IMG/VR virus record: IMGVR_UViG_3300042549_005585
Span: 1 to 64,000 of that record
Source: a virus
DNA: 64,000 nt
Strand: one strand, 5' to 3'
The notes beneath the pieces are model-generated. The model worked only from the letters and a program-made list of their open reading frames with translations, was not told where the DNA came from and did no database searches. The position numbers and the translations under genes were made by a program. This document shows positions 58,169-64,000 of this stretch, one piece after another (positions within the stretch are counted from its first letter, which is position 1; the number at the start of each line of letters is the position of its first letter).

Positions 58169-58552
58169 TTACTCACCTTTTGTGATATTTTCATCTGGGA
58201 CTATGATAGCATTTATGCTTGATAAACCTGCGAGTTTAGCTGCAGTATATCTATGGTGACCATCTAAAATTTGAAATTTATTTCCTTTTTTACGAACTAA
58301 TATTGGATCTATTGTTTTGCCACTCTTATATTTACTAACTAAGCGCTTAACAATTTTAATAGATTCAGGTGATTTCATCTTTATAGCGGGTTCATAGCGA
58401 ACCAGCTTGCTAAGGGGTATCTGTACTTTAGGAGCATTCTTAATATCTTCATCAGAAAAATCTAAATCTGCTCCTACATCTTTCCCTTTATTATATAAGA
58501 CTATTTTAATATCTTCTTTTATCTCTTTTAATATGTTTATTAATTTAATCAT
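58169..58552 (-). CDS. ParB/Srx N-terminal domain protein with MIKL..IL.E leader
   Basis: PILV....FQILDGHHRY.AA...G...I.AII. Confidence 0.8.
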   Translation of the reverse strand: MIKLINILKEIKEDIKIVLYNKGKDVGADLDFSDEDIKNAPKVQIPLSKLVRYEPAIKMKSPESIKIVKRLVSKYKSGKTIDPILVRKKGNKFQILDGHHRYTAAKLAGLSSINAIIVPDENITKGE

Positions 58553-59439
58553 TATGTATCAAATTTAACAACAAATGTCATATCAGTGTTAGATGGTATA
58601 GGAATTGGAGTACTAAGCTTAGCTACAGCAAGTAACTCATTAGTATCATTATATAAACCAACAGTTGTTGCGTATGGATGAAAATAAGATTGTGTAGCAA
58701 ATGAATACATTGAACCACTACCATCTGATATGATTGATGGGTTTAATGACATGTTAAAGTCATTTTCATTGATATTACAACGTATTTCGTTGTTATAAAT
58801 GGTAGTATCACCCTTAAATGCCAAATTAAATGAACTAGTGAAAATATTTTGATATAATTGGTTAGTTATTACGGCTATACCGTGAGAATACGCGATATTA
58901 CCGACTAAAACATCAGAGTCATACAAGTTGCCGTCCCCATCATCAACAACGTTATACGCGCTACTATTGACAGTAAACGACGCAGGTACTATATTATTTC
59001 CAAATATATTGTATGGAATAGACAATATTTGGATAGTTTCGTTAGATCCTGTAGGGAAATATTTTTTTACCTCATTTCCTGTACCATATCCCGCAGTTGA
59101 CGTATCATAATTGTCATATGATGACGATGACTGCAACCATGAACTGGTTAGGTAATTTTGGTAGTATAGTTGTTTGATTGAACGATAAACTAATGCTTTA
59201 TATTCACCATTAGTTGTGGTCGCGAAGGTAGATGGATTAAATACAGGTCCACTGCCTACATAGTCGGCTAATCCTGATGGGTTAGTTCCGCCATATCCTT
59301 GTACAGGAGTATTTAAACCTTGAAAAACAGTTATGTTGTAATCACTTAAAGACGCACTTGTTATACTCCACTGTTTATTAGCGGAATAGGGAACGATTGT
59401 AACGTCCGACTGTTTTAATGTTTTGAAGGCTGAACTCAT
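58552..59439 (-). CDS. structural protein (baseplate/tail region)
   Basis: C-terminal Y.TTVGLYND.NELLAVAKLS.P shared with neighbour. Confidence 0.6.
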   Translation of the reverse strand: MSSAFKTLKQSDVTIVPYSANKQWSITSASLSDYNITVFQGLNTPVQGYGGTNPSGLADYVGSGPVFNPSTFATTTNGEYKALVYRSIKQLYYQNYLTSSWLQSSSSYDNYDTSTAGYGTGNEVKKYFPTGSNETIQILSIPYNIFGNNIVPASFTVNSSAYNVVDDGDGNLYDSDVLVGNIAYSHGIAVITNQLYQNIFTSSFNLAFKGDTTIYNNEIRCNINENDFNMSLNPSIISDGSGSMYSFATQSYFHPYATTVGLYNDTNELLAVAKLSTPIPIPSNTDMTFVVKFDT

Positions 59440-59442
59440 TCA

Positions 59443-60447
59443 TTAGAAATCTAACTTAACTCGAATTAATGCTTCCTTAGTAAAATCCTTAACTAATGGT
59501 TTACTCATCTTAGCTACTGCTAACAATTCGTTATTATCATTGTACATACCAACTGTTGTCATGTATGTTTGAGGATTATTAACTAAAGTTGGGAATACTA
59601 ATTCACCACTACCACTTATAAATGATGGGTTAGTTGTATAGTTAAATTCACCATTCTTTACTCTAACAAACAAGTAGTTAGATGATATTGTTTCTTGGCT
59701 ATTCATTTGGAATGAAGCTCCTAATTTAATAGCGTTGAATAATGTTTCATTATTATTGCCTGGTGCATTACTTGATTGGCTAACATTTAAACTCATACCA
59801 CCATTTAATGATGTAAGAGCTAATGCTGATGGGTTTAAAACAATTAAACCTACATCTGGTAAGAACTTACCATAAACGCCAACTGATGTAGTTGTAGTTA
59901 AAGCTGAACCGTTACTTCCAGTAACGATATTATATATTCTACCAGCATCACAGAAGTTAATAACTGTTGAGTCATTACTATCATCTGTTAAATGTAATGT
60001 TGCAGGAGCACCTAAACTAGAACCTGAAAGTACCAAGTTGAAAGTACCAGGCATTAAAGATTCTTTATAACGAGCTCTATTAACATTAATCACAAATGCA
60101 TCTAATGATGCTGTGTTACCAGTACCAAAGTTGAAGAATGAATTTTCATCACCATAGATTAAGTTTCTATATTGACCATAAGTTGTTCTAGTAGGTGAAC
60201 TACCAGTAACTAATGGATTAAATAATATTGAACCTGATCCTTTGTAGTTACCATATGCGATTGAAAACTGAGTTTCCGATCCAGAAGCACCAGGGACTAG
60301 ATTATATATATCTAAATAAAATGATGATGTTACTGATGACCCTGTAAAAAAGGCATTCAATACTGGAGTGTTACCTGTCCATAATGGAGCGGTTACTGAC
60401 TCAGCACTTATTACAAAATCTTCAGGGTTAAACCTTACAAAGCTCAT
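59443..60447 (-). CDS. structural protein (baseplate/tail region), paralogous C-terminus
   Basis: EFNYTTNPS...YMTTVGMYNDNNELLAVAKMSKP. Confidence 0.6.
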   Translation of the reverse strand: MSFVRFNPEDFVISAESVTAPLWTGNTPVLNAFFTGSSVTSSFYLDIYNLVPGASGSETQFSIAYGNYKGSGSILFNPLVTGSSPTRTTYGQYRNLIYGDENSFFNFGTGNTASLDAFVINVNRARYKESLMPGTFNLVLSGSSLGAPATLHLTDDSNDSTVINFCDAGRIYNIVTGSNGSALTTTTSVGVYGKFLPDVGLIVLNPSALALTSLNGGMSLNVSQSSNAPGNNNETLFNAIKLGASFQMNSQETISSNYLFVRVKNGEFNYTTNPSFISGSGELVFPTLVNNPQTYMTTVGMYNDNNELLAVAKMSKPLVKDFTKEALIRVKLDF

Positions 60448-60456
60448 AGTTTATTA

Positions 60457-61116
60457 TTAAGTTGTTACTTTAGTTACTACAATAGGAACGCTTATTCTAG
60501 CTCCAGAATCTCTACCAATCACAGTTAATGTAGTGTAAAGAGATGTTTGAGAACCAAATAATGAGTTAACAGTAGTTGCTGTAATATTGATTGTAGTACC
60601 TACGATTGTTTTACTTACGTTAGTACCAATAGTTGGAGTTGAATTTAAAGCTTGTGCTTCTGCTGTGTTGATACCAACACCTGTGAAGTTAGAACTTAAT
60701 CTAACATCACCAATAACAGCGACATAACCTGATGATTCAAATGTAGCTGATGCTCCTAAATAGTTTAATGTTTGAGGAGTGATTGCTAATGAAGCACCTT
60801 GACGTAATGAAATATTTGAATAACCAATATTAATAATTGGTAATTTAGCTGTACCTCTTGGTAGAGTAACTAACTTATATTTCATGATTTGTGTCTCGTC
60901 AGGAAACGCTTCAAGCACAGGCATCGCTTCAATGGCTTCGCCATAGAAAGCAGATCCTGATGGATGGTTTGGATTATACAAAGTGTAATCTACCTCATCA
61001 TCAGACAATGCAAATTGCGTGATTTGAAATGACCCGTTATTACGAGCTAACAGTTCTCTACCTTTTTTCGTTAAGATAGCGTCTACGGTTACTGTTGAAT
61101 TATTTAAATATCCCAT
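60457..61116 (-). CDS. structural protein (baseplate-wedge-like)
   Basis: VDAILTKKGRELLA..FQITQFALSDDEVDY. Confidence 0.55.
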   Translation of the reverse strand: MGYLNNSTVTVDAILTKKGRELLARNNGSFQITQFALSDDEVDYTLYNPNHPSGSAFYGEAIEAMPVLEAFPDETQIMKYKLVTLPRGTAKLPIINIGYSNISLRQGASLAITPQTLNYLGASATFESSGYVAVIGDVRLSSNFTGVGINTAEAQALNSTPTIGTNVSKTIVGTTINITATTVNSLFGSQTSLYTTLTVIGRDSGARISVPIVVTKVTT

Positions 61117-61160
61117 AAATCTTGTTGATTGCTATTATAAATATATATTAGTTACGGATT

Positions 61161-64000
61161 TTACGTTATTAAGTTTTGTGCTTTTAATTCCTTAACGATA
61201 TTACCTGCTTGATCTCTTAATTCCTGTGGTATGAATTCTGGTATAATAATACCTGATGAAGTCCTACCATCTTGTTTTTGGTAGTCAAGTACCACATTAG
61301 TTTCATCAGGTTGTTTCTTTAACACAATAAATCGATTAATTAGACGAGCATTTTCCAATGTTGTGCCAGGAACAACAGCTTCTTCGCAAGCATTCGATGG
61401 TATGACATCATTTAATTCAACCAATATACGTCTTCCTAGTCGGACAACCTCATCTGTTCTTGGAACTGTGATAGACTTAACTTCACGCTCAAATGCTCTT
61501 GGGAATGTGTTAGTTGTAACATCATAGAATCTAATCATATCTCCTGGTGTTAATAGGAATGGTGTTTCAATTAATTCATATGAACCTGATAATGAATATG
61601 ACACAGGTGTTGATCCTGAAACTCCAGTATATGAAGATGTAAATGAATTAGCTTGAGTAAACCCACCATACCAATATGACATTGATAATGAACCAGACAT
61701 AATTGCTTTATTATTCAAATCACGTAAAAAGAAACCTTTAGATAATGGTGTATCAACAACTTGAGTGGTCAATACTGTGTTTAAATTAGTTTCAATAGGT
61801 ACAAATAATGAAGCTGATGATGGAGGATTAGAATAAACACTACTTGTCACATCATATATAGCAGAAGCAGATGGTGGAATTGCTGTACTTCCACTATAAT
61901 AACTCGCTGTATATTCATAATTTCCAGGTTCATTAGTATATCTCCATGAGCCAGATATTGTTAATTCTCCTCTGTTAAATGGTTCAGGATATACAGCTCC
62001 TACTACAAGATCTCTAAGTGAACCTGTGTACTCAGTAACAGTAGCAGGTATTCTTAATGTAGTATTAAATATATAAGATGCACTTAATGGAGATGTTAAT
62101 ACAGGATTACCCAACCATTCAGTCACAGTTTTAGTACTTGTTGCTACAAAAGATCCAGTGACATGAACATCAATATCATAATTAATAAACACTGTTAATA
62201 AATCAGTTAATCTAGCAGCTGATGAAGAAATATAGTGATATCTATAATCTGCTATACCTAAATCATCTCCTAATATTAAATTACTACTTGTTAATGGGTT
62301 TGAACCAATATAAAGTTCATTTGAAGCACTAGTGGCTGGGAATATACCAATTGATACACTTGAAGTTGGGATGTAAGATACAGATGAAGTTAAAGTATAA
62401 GTCAATGTTGGTTGACCAGGTGCTGTTGGGTTATAAAGTATAGGGGCATATTTAAATCCTCCAGCAAATGTTTTCTTAAGACCATCCAAGAATTTTTGGT
62501 TGCTTGGGTTTTGGTTGTCTGTTAATGATATAACAACATTGTCTCCTGATTTGAAGATATTTTGAATATCATTTAAATTCTTATTTTGGCGATTCAATTC
62601 AACTACATCAGATAAAATGTTAATTAAGTATGTAATGTAAACATTTGTTCTACCAGGTAATGAAGAACCTGTTATGTACGCTTCATTAAAATAAGCGAAT
62701 GTTACAGGATAGTGATCAATAGCGGCTGTCTGACCATATGAAGTATCTCCTTTAGTATAAACATTATATCTAGCGCTTGTAGTTTTAGAACCTAAATATC
62801 TTGGGTTAATAATTCTAGCTGTTGTGTAGTTACTATCTTGAACATCTGCTCTAAAAATACTATTGTCATATTCAGGTGTTGAACCAGAGAATGACCAGCT
62901 TAATAAGTAACCAAAATCAGTAGGTCTAGTACTCACACCATTGTAATCAACAACAGTAAATTTATTAGTAGTTCTACTACCACTAACATTATTAAGTAAT
63001 GGCTGGAATGGTAATAATTGGTAATTGTTACCTATATCTTCACTTGATCCTGATGGTAAAGTATTTCTTTCAAATATAATATTTCCTGCTGATTGTGTAT
63101 AAACAGTTAATGTTGTACCACCAAAATCACCATTAAATAATTCTCTATTGTCATTTCTAACTAAGTATGTTTTAGAACCTGATGGGGTAGTAAATGAAGC
63201 AGTGTAAGAAGTATTATATTCTCTACCTGTAGCATTTGAACCAGTGATGGTCTCCATCTCAATAGATCCTGAAGGTGAATTATATTGTGGTATAACACCC
63301 GGTTCATGGCGTTCTATTTTACTTCTTTCAAGTATAGTAGGTTTAACTACAATACCTGTAGAAACATTAGCTCTACCAGGAACAAAATCCTTAATTAATT
63401 TAAATAATGAGTTGTCAAAATATTTAATTAAACGAACAAAATCTTGTACATTGTATCTATTAATGTATTTCTTTAAGTAGAAATCATTTAAGTCTGTTAG
63501 TTCTGGGTAAGATACTTTACTATTATCTCTAGGATCACCTATATAATTGTCTAGATTAATATAACCTAATTGGTCAATAATATCTCTATCAACTTCATTA
63601 GATGGAGAAAAAGCAACTTCTACAACATGTGAGTTAGGATTTTTCTCAAATGTAGGTTTAACTGTACTAGTAAATAAAGATAAAGTACTTCCTGAGATAA
63701 GTGGATTAGATTGGATTCTAATCTTATCGCTTACATTTCTATTAGCAGCATTAGGTGTACTAACTATTTCATAATAATTTGTTTTCTTGAAACTATTAGT
63801 AATAGTACTAGCATAGCTCCAACTAATATCACCATCAAAGAATGATTCAGAAATAGGTAAACCATTATTAATATAAGATGGATGTATAGAATGACTAACA
63901 TCAACTGTATTACTATAAACACTATTTAATGGGAGTCTAAATCCTAAAGTAGAATATGATGAACTATAAGTGTTACCAACATATGATGATGGGTTTAACA
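61161..64000 (-). CDS. large baseplate/structural protein, 5' end truncated by window (extends beyond the 63257 ATG of the ORF track)
   Basis: Frame stays open upstream of 63257: ...EVAFSPSNEVDRDII...YIGDPR...FVRLIKYFDNSLFKLIKDFVPGRANVSTGIVVKPTILERSK... Confidence 0.75.
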   Translation of the reverse strand, partial: LNPSSYVGNTYSSSYSTLGFRLPLNSVYSNTVDVSHSIHPSYINNGLPISESFFDGDISWSYASTITNSFKKTNYYEIVSTPNAANRNVSDKIRIQSNPLISGSTLSLFTSTVKPTFEKNPNSHVVEVAFSPSNEVDRDIIDQLGYINLDNYIGDPRDNSKVSYPELTDLNDFYLKKYINRYNVQDFVRLIKYFDNSLFKLIKDFVPGRANVSTGIVVKPTILERSKIERHEPGVIPQYNSPSGSIEMETITGSNATGREYNTSYTASFTTPSGSKTYLVRNDNRELFNGDFGGTTLTVYTQSAGNIIFERNTLPSGSSEDIGNNYQLLPFQPLLNNVSGSRTTNKFTVVDYNGVSTRPTDFGYLLSWSFSGSTPEYDNSIFRADVQDSNYTTARIINPRYLGSKTTSARYNVYTKGDTSYGQTAAIDHYPVTFAYFNEAYITGSSLPGRTNVYITYLINILSDVVELNRQNKNLNDIQNIFKSGDNVVISLTDNQNPSNQKFLDGLKKTFAGGFKYAPILYNPTAPGQPTLTYTLTSSVSYIPTSSVSIGIFPATSASNELYIGSNPLTSSNLILGDDLGIADYRYHYISSSAARLTDLLTVFINYDIDVHVTGSFVATSTKTVTEWLGNPVLTSPLSASYIFNTTLRIPATVTEYTGSLRDLVVGAVYPEPFNRGELTISGSWRYTNEPGNYEYTASYYSGSTAIPPSASAIYDVTSSVYSNPPSSASLFVPIETNLNTVLTTQVVDTPLSKGFFLRDLNNKAIMSGSLSMSYWYGGFTQANSFTSSYTGVSGSTPVSYSLSGSYELIETPFLLTPGDMIRFYDVTTNTFPRAFEREVKSITVPRTDEVVRLGRRILVELNDVIPSNACEEAVVPGTTLENARLINRFIVLKKQPDETNVVLDYQKQDGRTSSGIIIPEFIPQELRDQAGNIVKELKAQNLIT

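Noticed and set aside
3270-61144. T4-type TATAAATA promoters driving plus-strand antisense transcription
   Set aside because: Position correlates with minus-strand start codons and no plus-strand genes exist, although antisense RNA cannot be excluded.
61161-63257. 63257 as the true start of the last gene
   Set aside because: The frame remains open upstream with protein-like sequence; the gene is truncated by the window edge.
3003-63480. Plus-strand ORFs and short nested minus-strand ORFs in the ORF track
   Set aside because: They are shadows of long minus-strand genes with biased codons, with no motifs or expression signals of their own.

Overview
This is 64 kb of an AT-rich large tailed dsDNA phage with a T4/RM378-like head module. 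Every credible gene lies on the minus strand. In transcription order (right to left) the window holds: a large baseplate/structural gene cut by the window end plus three related structural genes; a small DNA-metabolism block (ParB-like, GIY-YIG-like, primase, PD-(D/E)XK exonuclease, HAD nucleotidase); a long accessory region with a GH19 endolysin, an RNase H-fold exonuclease, DenV and an FAD oxidoreductase; terminase, portal, prohead protease, scaffold and major capsid protein; PhoH; gp13/14/15-like neck genes; Ser/Thr-rich tail fibres with S74-type chaperone ends; two paralogous Kelch-like multi-propeller proteins; and four 2OG-Fe(II) oxygenases. The promoter architecture (TTTGGC-N18-TAnnTT) and the lack of obvious Shine-Dalgarno sites point to a Bacteroidota host. 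The main candidate for an undescribed system is a set of about 25 unrelated proteins sharing short N-terminal leaders that end in a gp21-type xxE cleavage motif. It includes a tandem array and an 813-aa polyprotein punctuated by the motif E|YKINKP, which suggests a modular, capsid-packaged, protease-processed cargo library. Also notable are a three-way-junction RNA leader before a tail-fibre gene, a late-promoter-like ATATTTAT motif, and three unannotated micro-ORFs. All family assignments come from motif recognition by eye; no searches were run.
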